Shown: piece after piece, positions 39,561 to 52,069 of the stretch | Layout: each line of letters opens with the position of its first letter | Position numbering within the stretch: the stretch's first letter is position 1 | Origin: Takakia lepidozioides | Taxonomy: Eukaryota; Plantae; Bryophyta | NCBI GenBank assembly: GCA_030704615.1 | Contig: CM060733.1 | Location: 30,008,001 to 30,072,000, forward strand | Direction: 5' to 3' | DNA: 64,000 nucleotides | Notes under the pieces: generated by a model | Seen by the model: the letters and a program-made list of their open reading frames with translations, nothing else | Told to the model about the DNA's origin: nothing | Database searches by the model: none | Translations under genes and position numbers: made by a program

Positions 39561-40995
39561 GTTCCAAAGATTATGCCCCTGATATCATATGGTATCTGCA
39601 CCCATCTTAACATCTGCCTATTCTTCTAGCATGCAACAAGCTGTCCTCAATCCCCAAAGTATCTTTTGGGAAAGAGGTGAGTATTTGGACATCTAGACTC
39701 CAAGGTTACACCTGGGTATGCCGGAGGTGCAATACTACAGTCTGTACAGTGTTTCATGTTTGGAGCATTTAGGGATTACTCGGAAGTTGTAGCATACATA
39801 GATTGAGAGATAAGTCTCATAGTTAACAGATCTCCAGAACATTCATTGCACTGATGTGTATCTCACACAACATTCAAATGTCACCAAATTCATCAATTTG
39901 TCAACAGCTATGCCATCCCCTTCACACTCTCAGGAGTGTAAGGGTCAGTAAATTGGGACTACTTTGCAGATCAGGGTTTTGTGCATGACATTGATACTTC
40001 GGATTCCAAACCTGTGGATTCATCAATTGTGTTTGTTGACTTTCCAACATGAAAAAGCTTCAGAGCTTCCTGTTCAGTGCTTTCATGCCTCCATCCACTC
40101 CCCCATTTGGGCCAACATAGTGCTAGGATGACCTCCCAGGAAGGTCCTGCTGATGCTGATATTCTCTTTCCCTTTTTGTAAAGCCTTTCCCTTCAAGGAC
40201 CAATGTGGAATGCAATAACAGCGTCTTGATAAGAGTATCAAACATCAAACTGTCGGTCATATTGATCAATTTTAACTTCTACGGAGATCATTATCAATCA
40301 CCCACTGCAAGTATCTAAAGTTATGAGCTCACAACAAATTCTGATGCTTTTTTGGGGGTAGACCAAATTTACACGAGTTAGCAGGAAAAAGCTGTGATAG
40401 AGAATCAGCAAGCATAGCGAGTGCATCTTCCTTCCTTATTTCAGAAGGCCAGAATCTCTTATTTAGCCCACGAGAATCACCCAGTATATGCCCACCACCC
40501 ACCCCGCTGCGTGGTCCAACCGTCAGAATCGTCATGAGCCCAGGACTATGCGAAGCATATGCCTTGTGCGCCGCCCATCGCTGCCTGCTCCATGACCACT
40601 CATTTCTTGGCCGTTTGTTGTTGAGTTCCGAAGAGTTCTGTAGCACGTTGAGGAACTCCAAGTGGGGGATCCAGCTTCGCCACATTACCCAGCTCAAACA
40701 CTCTGGTGAGCCTTTTGGCGCTCTCCATTTCTTTTGCAGGGCATGTCGGATGTGGGTATGGATTCTGATGTTGGGGATTCTGCTGGGGAAATGTGAATCT
40801 GGAATTTTAGAACTGCAGTTTGTGCTCAGTGTTGGAATGTTTCTAATTGGAGTTTGACGATGGCTTTCGTTGTCTTCTGTTCAGGCCCTTTGACTTTGAC
40901 TCCTGCTTTTGGATCTTACAGGATTGAAGGTGTCCCTGACGTTCTGGCCCCATTTTTATCCCGAAAAATTCCCTTTGTTTTGAAGGGAGGCTTAA

Positions 40996-43900
40996 ATGGG
41001 CAGTCACAGTGGTATGTGCTCGATTCATCTGTCAAGTAACCACGAATTTTCTTTGCAATATTGTAATTGGCCGACAGGATCGAGTGAAACGTTATGTTGC
41101 ATGTCCTTCCTGACACGGGGTAGCTCTGGCTGAGTTCGACGTTCCCGTGTTGACCTTGTGCCTGTCAGATGATCTGGACACTTATTTAGCAGTCGCAATC
41201 GAGGCTGCGAAGAAGGCTGGCGAGGTGCGTCCAGATCTCCGGTCTAAGCTTTGATATTGGGCTTTGCGACTAGGACAATGAGTTGCATTTCGTTGAAACG
41301 AATCAAGCTAGCAGCTTATGATTTACCAGGGGTATGGGATGTCTGGACAAGTTTACAACGTTGTTGTTTGTAACTGGACAATTGCAGATTATCTTGAGCA
41401 ATTTTTACACCTCGAAGATAGTTGAACACAAGGGGAAGGTGTGTATACCTTGCGTTGTAAATTTCTTTTGATTGTGTGTATATTGGGAGATATGTCTACC
41501 CTCTCTTTTCAGACCTGCATTATCTTCAAGACCACCAGGCTGGGGGTCCTAATTTAAATTTTGGGAGCCATCGCTGGCTTGCAAACGTTTTCATATGGAT
41601 CTTGCCTCAGTCGGAATAATGTGTGCGCTTCCAGTGCGGTGAACTAGAATGCTGCCCTGTGAGCTTCTAAATACATCGTTTTGTGCAGGGTGCTAAGCTT
41701 TCGTCAATGTCTGATGTAGGTTGACCTGGTGACTGAGACAGACAAAGCTTGTGAGAATTTAATTTTCGACCACCTCAGTTCAGCGTTCCCTTCTCATCAG
41801 GTACTGAAACAGTGTCCTGAAAGTACATTCTGAAATACTGGAACTGTATAACCTGGAGTTTAGAAGGGAGCTGGGAATGCTGCTTTGAGAATATTGATGC
41901 ACTGTTGAGGTTGTCCCTCTTTAACAGATCTTGCGGTTGACAATTGAAAGCTGTTTAGCTCAGACATGCTCCAATTGCCCCCATCAGTTCTTGGTTTTCC
42001 CGAGCTCCACATTTTGGACCTCTAGTTTGCACTAGAGTTGGTGAGCAGCTTCATATTGGACTAGGATTTATACAAGCATCAAAAAAGCGCCCAGCAGGTG
42101 GCATGTTTGTGGTGGCTGATGTTGTTGGCGGCAGTTCATCGGAGAAGAGACCGCTGCAGTGAGTGGAATACCGGAACTTACTGATGTACCAACATGGATA
42201 GTGGATCCTCTGGACGGAACCACAAATTTTGTGCACAGGTTAACAGCTTCAGCTTTTCCCCCAACCCACACTCTTTCAGCTCCTTGTCTCAGCAGCTAAT
42301 GGATTTTCATGAACCAATTTGGGCAGCTGATTATATCTTCTTGCTATATTTGTCGCTGTTGATGCATCAGTTCTCCATAAGCAGGGGATAGGCTTGTTTG
42401 GTCTTGGTACTCGTCCTTGGTTGATCCCTGAGTGTATCATGGCTTTCCTGAACAATGTCTGCCTAACAGGCTTGAGCAGACGAACTTACACATGAGACGA
42501 AAATTTTGAGGCTGGATCTTAATTTCCCTGCAGTTCTCCTTGTTCTAGTTGTTTCTTTTTGTTCAATGGGAAATTTCATAAGTTGACCGAAAATGCAGGT
42601 TCCCTTTCGTTTGTGTATCGATTGGACTTGCCATCAGTAAAGTCCCGACAGTGGGAGTGGTATATAATCCTATTCTGAATGAGGTATGAATCAGAACCTG
42701 CAGGAATGAAAGGTTTTAGTGATTGTGATCATGTTCAATGTTTGAACTCAATGTCCGGCGTGCTGCACATCTGGTGCAGGTATTGTTCTGATGGGCACTG
42801 ACACCTTTCTAGATGGGCCCTGACATATTGAATGTGCTATTGCTTGCTTGTGTGTGCATCTGGACTTGCAGCTTTTCACTGCTGTGCGAGGAAGGGGGGC
42901 TTTCTTGAATAGCAACCGCATATATGGTCAGTGATGATCATGTTCCCTTATTTAGGTGTTGGTGACTGATAGAGCAATTTTATTCTCTATTGAGTTGAGA
43001 AGCTAATTCAATGTTGAAGGATCTGATTAGGCACTAACATTCTGCAGGTTTTTCATGGCAATCTGCTCATAAGTTTGCATTTGTTGGTTATGTATAATGC
43101 AGCGTCAGATCAGCAGGATATAGGCAATGCTCTACTTGCCACTGAGGTATGTAGTCCCTTCATAAGATGTGTCCTCTAGGAATGGGTCTCTTGAGATTGC
43201 ATGTTACCTGAGGAACTAAAAGGTACAGGAAGGAACATATTCTTTTCATAGATCCTTTAACTTGGATTCTAGTACTAGTGCAGCAGTGATTAACTTGGGT
43301 AAATGGGGTACATAGTCTATAGGTGTCGATGTGTTGAAGCAGTGCAGTTGTCTTGTGCAGGTTGGGACCAAGCGTGATAAAGATGCAGTCGATGCCACCA
43401 CCAATAGGGTCAACAGTGTATTGTATAAGGTACTCTCTTAAAGATGGGATGATCACACTTCATTCTTCTTGCTAAGGATGTGTAGTTTTTGTTAGTCTGG
43501 ATGAGTCATTTGAGTGTAACAAGTGTGTCTAACAGTTAAGAGGATCTGATGGTATCATGCTGTAGCCTCATCCCTTGAATGTGTAGAGGTTTGCGTAAGA
43601 GTCCAAGCAAACAACCCATACAGCCACTATAGGGCTGGGGAATGATCGATTGACATTGTACCCAGCAGCAAAACTTTTTTCACCATTTTGTGATTCTTTA
43701 CAGCCTGCTATTTCCCAGTAAAAATGGTTGTGGGCACCTTTGTATATGTTGGAGCACCCACTGATTTGGGTTAATGGAAATATGATGATAATGGGGTGTT
43801 GAGGCCACATTAACACCAAGTCGTGGGTCTAGGCAAGCAAAAGTTCAACCAGAAGTAACAAATTGTCTGTCATTTTCGGAGGAAGGGTTTGATGAGCTGT

Positions 43901-44512
43901 GGAAAGGTGCCAGGATGTTTGGATTTGTATGGAGGGAGCTGAACGTTGTGTGGATTGTCTAGGTGCGATCGGTCCGCATGTGCGGCTCATGTGCTATGAA
44001 CCTATGTGGAATAGCTTGTGGGAGACTTGATCTCTTTTATGAGATTGGATTTGGAGGTCCTTGGTGAGTTCTGAAGGCCAGAACATTGTAGCTCTGAATG
44101 AAACAATTTTTTATGCTTAATCCAGTCTTACATCCACAAGCATTCCTCATTTGGGCTGCTCTGATGCAAGGTCTCTGTAAAGCAGGGATGTTGCTGGAGG
44201 AGCTGTGATACTGCAAGAGGCAGGCGGCCTTGTATTCGACCCGTAAGTTGTCTCCTTGGCCTCTTGCTAAACCTTTTGCCAGTGTATTGGTGTACTCCTT
44301 AAAAGTTCTCTATTCGGGACTTACCAGCTATGAACCAGAATATTTACGTAGGTGTTATGTGCAGCTGTTCATTCCGACCATGGCATGTGTGGATGGGTGG
44401 GGTTTGTTGTTCCAGGTCTGGAGATGACTTTGACATAATGTCACATCGCATTGCATCATCAAATGGCTATTTGAAACAAGCACTTGTGGAGGGGCTGCGG
44501 GCCGTTATCTAA
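40996..44512 (+). CDS. Inositol monophosphatase / L-galactose-1-phosphate phosphatase (VTC4-like), many small exons
   Basis: Motifs [68 protein letters not shown] and RIASSNG. Stop at 44510-44512. The start at 40996 (MGSHS) is inferred. Confidence 0.92.
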
Positions 44513-45657
44513 CCTCCAGAGTGAACAACTCAGCTGTCGTTGAGAGGCTCAAAGCACAGAACTTCATGGACTACTGATACAGTGATTTGACAACAAGAAA
44601 AAAATATTTGATTCCAGTTCGAGCTTTCACACATACCTTGGAAGCGTGAGAGGAAGCACTTCAGAACAGCGAACCATGACATGCACCATGATTCATGTAC
44701 AGCAGTCGCTACCCAATTGCTGTAGAAAAGAGCATCATTGAACCTGCTTCACTTATGCAACCGAAGTACTGAACATTGTGGACTGTAACCAGAACCCAGT
44801 TGGACGGTGCAAACTAAAAGGTGACTTCCCTTTACCAAAGCACCAAACCCTTTTCAACACCTATCCCATGGGTGAGGAAAAATCCTCAGCATCTGCAGAA
44901 CTCAGTTGCAGATGTGCATCAGCCTTCACCTCTTAATCTACAAATCAGTGTGGAAGGGCATGACATAAAGCATCATTTTCTATGTCTGGAGCAGTTGCTA
45001 ATTGAACCTGCTTTACTTATCATAGACTGATTTGGTGAACATTATCAACTGTAACCAGAGAAAGGCTGGATTACAAAAGTATTTTTACAGGCTGAGTCTC
45101 AAATCCATATCATCTGCCAGAGCAATCCCTCACAGAAACTTGGTGGACAATGTTTCAGCACTGGAATTGTAAGCACAAATGACCAGGCAGTGGTTGCCAA
45201 GGGAGATAAGAGGGTCGTTTCTCTTAACAGGCGGCCTCCGAGAAAACAGGTGAAGCTGGGGAATGAAGTGGGACAGAGGCAAAATTGTGGGATGTAAATC
45301 ATTCAATGGGTCATACAATATCGGTGATTGACCAAGAACCTTCAGTTGGTAATATGATAGTAGGTGTCAATGTGACACCCTACAGGTGCTACTATTAGAG
45401 GGCCCGGTGTGTGATGAGGACCCAAAACTCAATCAAGCAGGAACCCTATGATTCTTCAATCAATGATCTTTGTTTAGGACCCGCTCTCATAAGAGTGTAA
45501 GCACAGCTAAGTTGAGGTACGCTAATGCTTACCTTCACCACTCTGTATCCTGACAAATTATGAGGGTGCAGTGTCAACTGCCAAAGTAGCACAAAAATTT
45601 GATGATGGGGTGAAGGCCCCATGAGGTGCTAATGTGACACATTTTGAGTCGTGACAA

Positions 45658-48600
45658 CTAAAACCGTAGCCATTTTTTCTCCTTCTCCTTTTTGTGCACA
45701 GCATTGGTCGTAGACAAATGGGCTGCCTCGGCAGACAAGAGTGCCTTGTGAGCTTCCTCCAATTTGCGGCCAACAGCATCAAACACTGCTTTGTCTTTGC
45801 GATTGCGCACAGCCATCTCCTCTAGCTTGCTCACTTTGCTCCGGAGCTCCTTTATCTCATCTTCATGTGCAAGTAGTGTGTGACGATCAACATTGTGTAC
45901 CTCCACATTGATGGCTGCGGACTTGCTGCTGCTACCTTTCCTTTCAGACTTGCTGTGGGGCATATCCTGTTGCCCAGAAAGCTGTTGGTTAATGAAGTCA
46001 AAGACATCTGGGGGGCCATTACCCACTGTTTTGGCAGCCCGTGCTGCTGCCGCAAACTTTTTGTCGCGCTTCCGTTTTCCACCCCTTGACTTTTTCTTAC
46101 TAGCAGCATCCTGCTTGCTGGCTCCTCCTTGTCCACCTTGCCTATTCTCATTTACATATTCCAGCGATTGTTTAGCGGGCAGCACCTGGATGCGGATTGG
46201 CTGTGTAATACCCTGGCCAGTTTTGCCTAGGCCCATGCCCTCACAGAATCCCATGCTGGCCATCATCTTGGAGGCCATGCCACGTGTGTGTCTCTCCCAG
46301 TTGGCGAATGTCACTGTCTCTGTTTGTGGGCCTGAAAGAGATGCCCCAAATAAAGATGCCGACCCTTCCTTGTCACTGTCTCCTTGACTTGAATCCTCAT
46401 GATCGTCGGAGCTACTGTCTACCTCTCTATCACTTGCAGAGGCATGTTCAGATGCAGCTAGGTCATTTCTACTCACTTCCCTACGCCTTCCATCAGCACT
46501 AAACACAATCAAAGCATTTTGGTATGCCTCATCCCATGACTCAAGCTCTGCTGCTCTCCACAATCCATAGCCTGTGTCTGAATCACATGCCAGCACTGCG
46601 GAACCCAAAGGTATGTGCTCCCAATCTGGAGGTTTGAACTCATGCAGAGAATGCAATGGGAACTCCATTCCTGCAATTCCCCAGCACCATCTGCTGTAAA
46701 TGACTTGGTAGTAATACATGCCCATCCCCCTCAAGTGTTACCACCCTTAGAACCAAATCCTTCAGTGAGAAGCACATCAACACGAATGTTCCTAGAGATA
46801 CTGTAAAATGTCCTCGGACCTTGGCATACCGACCACGGTATCAAGGAGCAATTGATCTTAACCCCTGTGTTCCATAGCACACTTAAGAGAAAGAAAGTGT
46901 CATTCCAATGGCCATTGCTTACACAACTAAGTACCCATCTCCATACTAACATTAATTAGGCAATGGTACAACGAGTACAGTCAAAAAGTAGCCAATGGCG
47001 GGTTAGGACAAGGTCAGACAAGGGTTTTTTTTTTTTAATCGCAAGTCGACAGGTGTTAGAAGGGAGGGGGCTGGACACGTGTGGGCAGTGGAGGAGCGGC
47101 ACTTACAAACACAAACTGGAACATGAACCATAACTATATTAATGTTTGTCTCGATAAGTACCCATCTCCATGATCTCTCTTAAGTTCACTTTCCTATATG
47201 GGTGATAACCAGACAGACCAATCTTAATGTTACCCAAGGAACATCAATGCTCATGGATTGCAGGATGGATATTTGTCCCAAAATCTTGCAAAGTTGCAAG
47301 CACCAGAGTCATGATTTGGCGACCAAACATGGCAAGCCCAATACATACCATGTGACATACGGCAGTTCCCACCAAACCGGCATTGTTGCTGCAGGTAGAA
47401 TCTGCACATCTGCACATTGGCTGGACAGCATTAGCTCCTTTTGTTTTAGAAATCTCCACAACCATTGCCTGTTTAACTACCACTATAAGTGCAATTGAAA
47501 AGGCAAGTTGGGAAAGCAGCGCAGCAATACCTGGAACCTCTCAGCTGTGGGAGTGAGAAATGACACACGAGCAATGGCATCATCATCCATGCTACTAATG
47601 CCACCATTATACCACCGTCCATTAGTGTGTCGAAATCGGCATTTAGAACCCACTTCAAACAGCCGTGGGGGAACTACATCAAATGGGTCAGGCCTTGTAT
47701 GTAGCAGGATGGACCCATTGTTTTCTTCAGCAGGTCCCAAGCAACCATTTGTCTCCCTTAGCTGGGTCAAGGCATCCACTTCTCGATAAAGCCGTGCACC
47801 CTTAAGATGGAGGAGGCTTTCTTCTGCTTCCTTTACAGACACAACTAGCTCCTCCCGAACCTTTGAAACCAGCATCGTCCACATGGTCCACACACACAGA
47901 GCATTCATTAGACCATATGCACTAGTAGCCTTGTAGGCCTAGAACCTGCACCCAAGTGTGGACAAAGCAGAAAGGGACTTAGAGGTAGTTAGTTAGAGGC
48001 AGAGAGAACCCATAAGCCCATGTCAATGCCGCCAGCTCCAGTCAATTCCCATAGTGACTAGGGTAGCCTGTGCCGTTGGCCCAATTGTCTAGTGTCATGT
48101 AATTCCAAGTGCAATTCCCTATGTATCCAGAGACCCTCGTGTTTGGGAGATCTAGGCCTAGGGTAGCATGTGCCATTGGCCCATGTGTGAAGAATTGAAA
48201 TCTAAGCCAAGTGCAATCTCCTATGTATCCAAGTGCTTCTCCCATGTAGAGGCCCAAGTGAGACCTCACGGAGTGTCCAATGTCATCTAAGTCCAAGTGC
48301 CCCTATGCATCCCGAGACCTTGCAGTTTGGGAGATCTCCACGTCATTGTTCCAACAAAGCCCACTTTGCTATTTTGCAATCTCCCCTGTCAAGGCTTCAT
48401 ATATTGATATATCCACTTTGCTATTTTTTGCAAATTTCCAGCGACCAAGAGTACTTGAAATTCCAAATCCGGGCCAATCATTGCTCCAGGAAAGCCCACT
48501 TTGCTATTTTTAGTGAATTTTCCAGTGACCCAAAGTACTTGAAATTCCAAATCTCCCACTTGAAGGGCCAATCATTGCTCCAGGAAAGCCCGCTTTGCTT

Positions 48601-49809
48601 TTTTCGAGAATTTACAGCGACCCAAAGCACTTGAAATTCCACATCTCCCACACCGCAGGTCCAAAAATTATGAGACCAAGCCGGGGCACCCCTCCTCATC
48701 GAGGGCTTTCCAACGGCGCCAAGCACCAGGGCTGGGCCCCTGCGGTTTGGGAGATCTCAACCACGCTACAAAACAAAACAAAACAAAACAAAACAAAACA
48801 GAACAGAACTCTCGCTTCATATATTGATACGGGTGTACTTTATTGGGAATTTCCATGCATAGGAGCTCATATATACCCTGCTAAAGGCCTCCCGATGTCA
48901 TGCAGCTGATCTTACCCCCATCCATCAGATGACCCAGCAAGTTCTTTTGCTATAGAAGTCAGCCACATGTCCTTCACTGATCTATGCATCCCACGCATGC
49001 CAGAATTACCCTTGAGCCATTCCACAATATCGTACATTGATCAACGAAAAAACCTAAAAACTGAGGGTCGGTAAGCAGGCAAATGGGATCACAATACGCT
49101 GCCGTGGCTCCTGCGTGAAGGATACCAGACATTACGATGTGCACACCACAAATCTCCCATAAAGCGAGAGGAATTGGTGAAGACCCAAAGTGCCAAATGA
49201 CCGACCTCAATCCCCCATATCCTGAAGAACCCCAGCTGATACACCGAAGATAGTCCATCCCTCTCAGATGACTTTAGGGTTTTCACAAAACAGAGTAGGA
49301 GCCAAATCTGGTGGTGAAGCAGAAATTGACCAGCAACAAATGCATCGTAGATGTACTAGAAGAGTAGAATTATCCGTGATAGTGCAAAAAGAAACTGTTC
49401 TGCACCATCATGCGGGCTTGCCAGTGAGATGCTGGCACAAATGTGCGTGGACGGAGGTAACATGTCTCACCATCCGTGATGAGAAGAATCCACGCCTACC
49501 AGCCCCTCTTCCCCCTCTAGGAAACCCTCAAGCTTCTCATGTACCTCTCAGCACCCACCGTTTTCACCCATGAATTAAAATGTCAAATAACCTCAAGATT
49601 TCTGGCACCCAAAAATCTGACAAGATTCCTAATCCTCAGAGCCCGAATCAAGCATGAATTACAAAAGCTATGTGGAGGCGTACCAGCAGCAGGTCGGGAT
49701 TAGCAAGGTCCACAGAAAGTGCGTCATCCACAGCCGCAAGGGACGCACGCTGCTCCACCAGATGCTCCTCTAGCTCCTTCTCCAATGCTCCCTCTGTAAC
49801 TTCCTCCAT
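45658..49809 (-). CDS. Zinc-finger CCCH / G-patch domain protein (ZGPAT-like)
   Basis: Exons 49809-49684, 47860-47531, 47409-47349 ([20 protein letters not shown]) and 46670-45658 (G-patch [32 protein letters not shown]-terminal coiled coil, KKWLRF). Confidence 0.9.
48058..48827 (-). mobile_element. Non-autonomous Helitron-like element in ZGPAT intron 1
   Basis: The minus strand reads A|TCAATATATG...(GTTTT)n ... tgggccaacggcacaggctaccCTAG|T: 5'-TC, a subterminal hairpin-like motif, 3'-CTAG, inserted between A and T with no TSD. It has internal tandem modules and a second set of end-like motifs (about 48157-48183 and 48392-48408). Confidence 0.7.
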
Positions 49810-50838
49810 CTCTCTCCTCTCTCTCCCTCTCCGAACTACCTACTTCCAATTGCACACGATAACAAGTGTTTATTTCCTGACCCACTCCGTTGTGAAATCT
49901 ACACCAAGGCATCCACAAGCTCTTGCTATTCTGACATTGAGCATTTCAGCGGTGCGTTTGGCTTTCTGATTGCCCCCTTTAGCCTTCGCTCCATTATCCC
50001 ATATCGTTTGCACGGAGACCTGGATTCGACACGTATATATACACTTAACATCGAAAGCCGACTTTCAAGCATCGGTACACTCTGATATCGTCCCGGGTCT
50101 ACGGGTCCTGGAGAAGGCCCAGTAGCCGCGGCCGACGAGGGTATATGCGAATGAAGTAAATGCGATTTGGTCGATAGGTAGTGAGCCCTGTGAAGCATAA
50201 ACCTCGAAGAATGGGTTATTGTAGTTTTCTCTACGACAAATTGTCGGACTCCACGGAGATAACCGTGAAGCTACTGTAGTCTTGGGGTGGAGTCTTATGT
50301 CAGAGGGGCCACATGTGAATTCTATGCCCTAACGACGTGGCAGGGTTTTAAAGTGGCTCAAAGTGGCTCTCACACAGGTGGCACGTTTTAACAGGTCCAC
50401 GTTGGAAAAATCGGGCTCCTAAATACTCAACTACTGGCACTTTTTGGCAATTTTTTTTCGGATTTTATATGGCCGCCATGTCACAAACAGGCCATGTCAC
50501 ATCCATGAGAGCATCTCCTGGAGCACGGCAAAGACCCTTGGCGGGCGCTAATCTAGTTCCGCCGTCAAGGGTGGGGCCCAATCTAAACCCCAGCGGTGCA
50601 ATACAGCTAAAATATTTGTGGCAGGAATTGCCATTTGGCCCGCCACATTGGGCATATCTGGCGGGCTCCAAACCTGGCCTGCCTGATGTTTGAATCCCTT
50701 TCCTAACTTACATGTGTCTGCAACCCTCATTAATCTGCTGGCTAGATATTTTGCTAGTCTAGGGACTTCCTACAAACCCTGCTTCCATCTCTCAAAATAC
50801 ATTTTTTGGAATTCGCATTCTGCCATGATTGAAACCCA

Positions 50839-51157
50839 ATGATACATGCCCTCTGTGAGCGAGGCTGGAACACCGCACCTCTGACCGTCACCACTGCGGG
50901 TGCTAGGGGCGGTGCTCATACCCATAATATCCAAGGTTTGAAAGATAATCTCAACCTACTACCCAAATACACTACACCTCTACTACGAGCCTTACATTTC
51001 ACGGCTATCACATCACTCACATCCCTAACCCTCAACAAACGTAAGATTGAAAGTGGCCAGCTAGCCACTCTATGACAAACGTAAGATTGAAAGTGGCCAG
51101 CTAGCCACTCTATGACAAACGTAAGATTGAAAGTGGCCAGCTAGCCACTCTATGACA
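50839..51157 (+). mobile_element. 3' fragment of an RLE (restriction-like endonuclease) non-LTR retrotransposon
   Basis: ALCERGWNTAPLTVTTAGARGG...LHFTAITSLTSLTLNKRK resembles the GW...G.RG C-terminus of RLE ORFs. It is followed by (TA)n. Confidence 0.55.
51035..51157 (+). repeat. Perfect 40-bp tandem repeat x3
   Basis: acaaacgtaagattgaaagtggccagctagccactctatg starts at 51035, 51075 and 51115. Confidence 0.95.
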
Positions 51158-51174
51158 GGTTACGGTTATTTCTG

Positions 51175-51218
<44 letters not shown>

Positions 51219-51957
51219 GTATATATTTAAATTATACATATATACATACACAGGTATAAGCTAAAAATACATGTTGCCCGTCTATTCTTGTTGTCCGTTT
51301 GTCAATCCTTTGCCCGTGGTAAGGCTTGAGCCCAAGATAAGCCTAAGGGAGAGCAAGAGAGGGAGAGGGAGAGAGGGGAAGTCACGAAGCGCTTGTAAAA
51401 GCGGGATTGTCTCTCTTTGTGGATGTTGGTGCCAATATATGGCTATGTACATATACCAAACATGATACCAATGTAAGAGTATCAACGTGTAAAAGTTTGA
51501 TATATTAAACTTGTATAGAACACACATCCCAACTTCAATATGATAGCTTTGTAAGGGTATCGAAATTTTTGATAATTCTCAAGAAGCACATATTTTTTGT
51601 TTTCTTTGTCCTGGCCAGATACTAGTGTTAGGGGACTACATGGTGATGCAGGGGAAGCCTTTCATCAATTGTCAGGTTTGATTTTGTCTGTTTTTTTCGG
51701 AGCCAGCCATGTTTCTTTTGCCAGTGAATCACAGGAAGCTGCTGATCTGTCTCCGTCTCTGGCTCTCCCTTTCTCGCTAAGGCTGAGGGTGGTTTCACAA
51801 CTCCACAATTTCCTCAAGGGCACAAGAAAGAGGGCCAACAAGAATAGACAGGCAACATGTATTTTTAGCTTATACTCTTATATGTGTATAAATATAATTT
51901 GAATATATACATGTACATATATATTATATACAAAAATAAATTAAAAATTATAGATTA

Positions 51958-52069
51958 CAATTCAATTGAATTGTAGTCAGCAATTCAATTGAATTGCCAA
52001 CTAGCGATTCAATTGAATTGCAAATTAGGGTTAGTTCAATTGAATTGCCCTTGCAATTCAATTGAATTG
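51958..52069. repeat. Array of five 16-bp palindromes CAATTCAATTGAATTG with short unique spacers
   Basis: Copies at 51958, 51981, 52005 (1 mismatch), 52032 (2 mismatches) and 52054. Confidence 0.9.

Noticed and set aside
45410-45432. tgatgaggacccaaaac as a hammerhead ribozyme core
   Set aside because: It lacks the exact CUGAUGA/GAAA core and the flanking helices.
46928-47171. 17-bp direct repeat (taagtacccatctccat) flanking about 210 bp
   Set aside because: It may be a TSD, but the insert has no recognisable element features, so it was not called.
51035-52069. CRISPR-like appearance of the 40-bp repeats and the palindrome array
   Set aside because: The 40-mers have no spacers. The palindromes are 16 bp with 6-11-nt spacers. 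There are no cas genes, and the context is eukaryotic.
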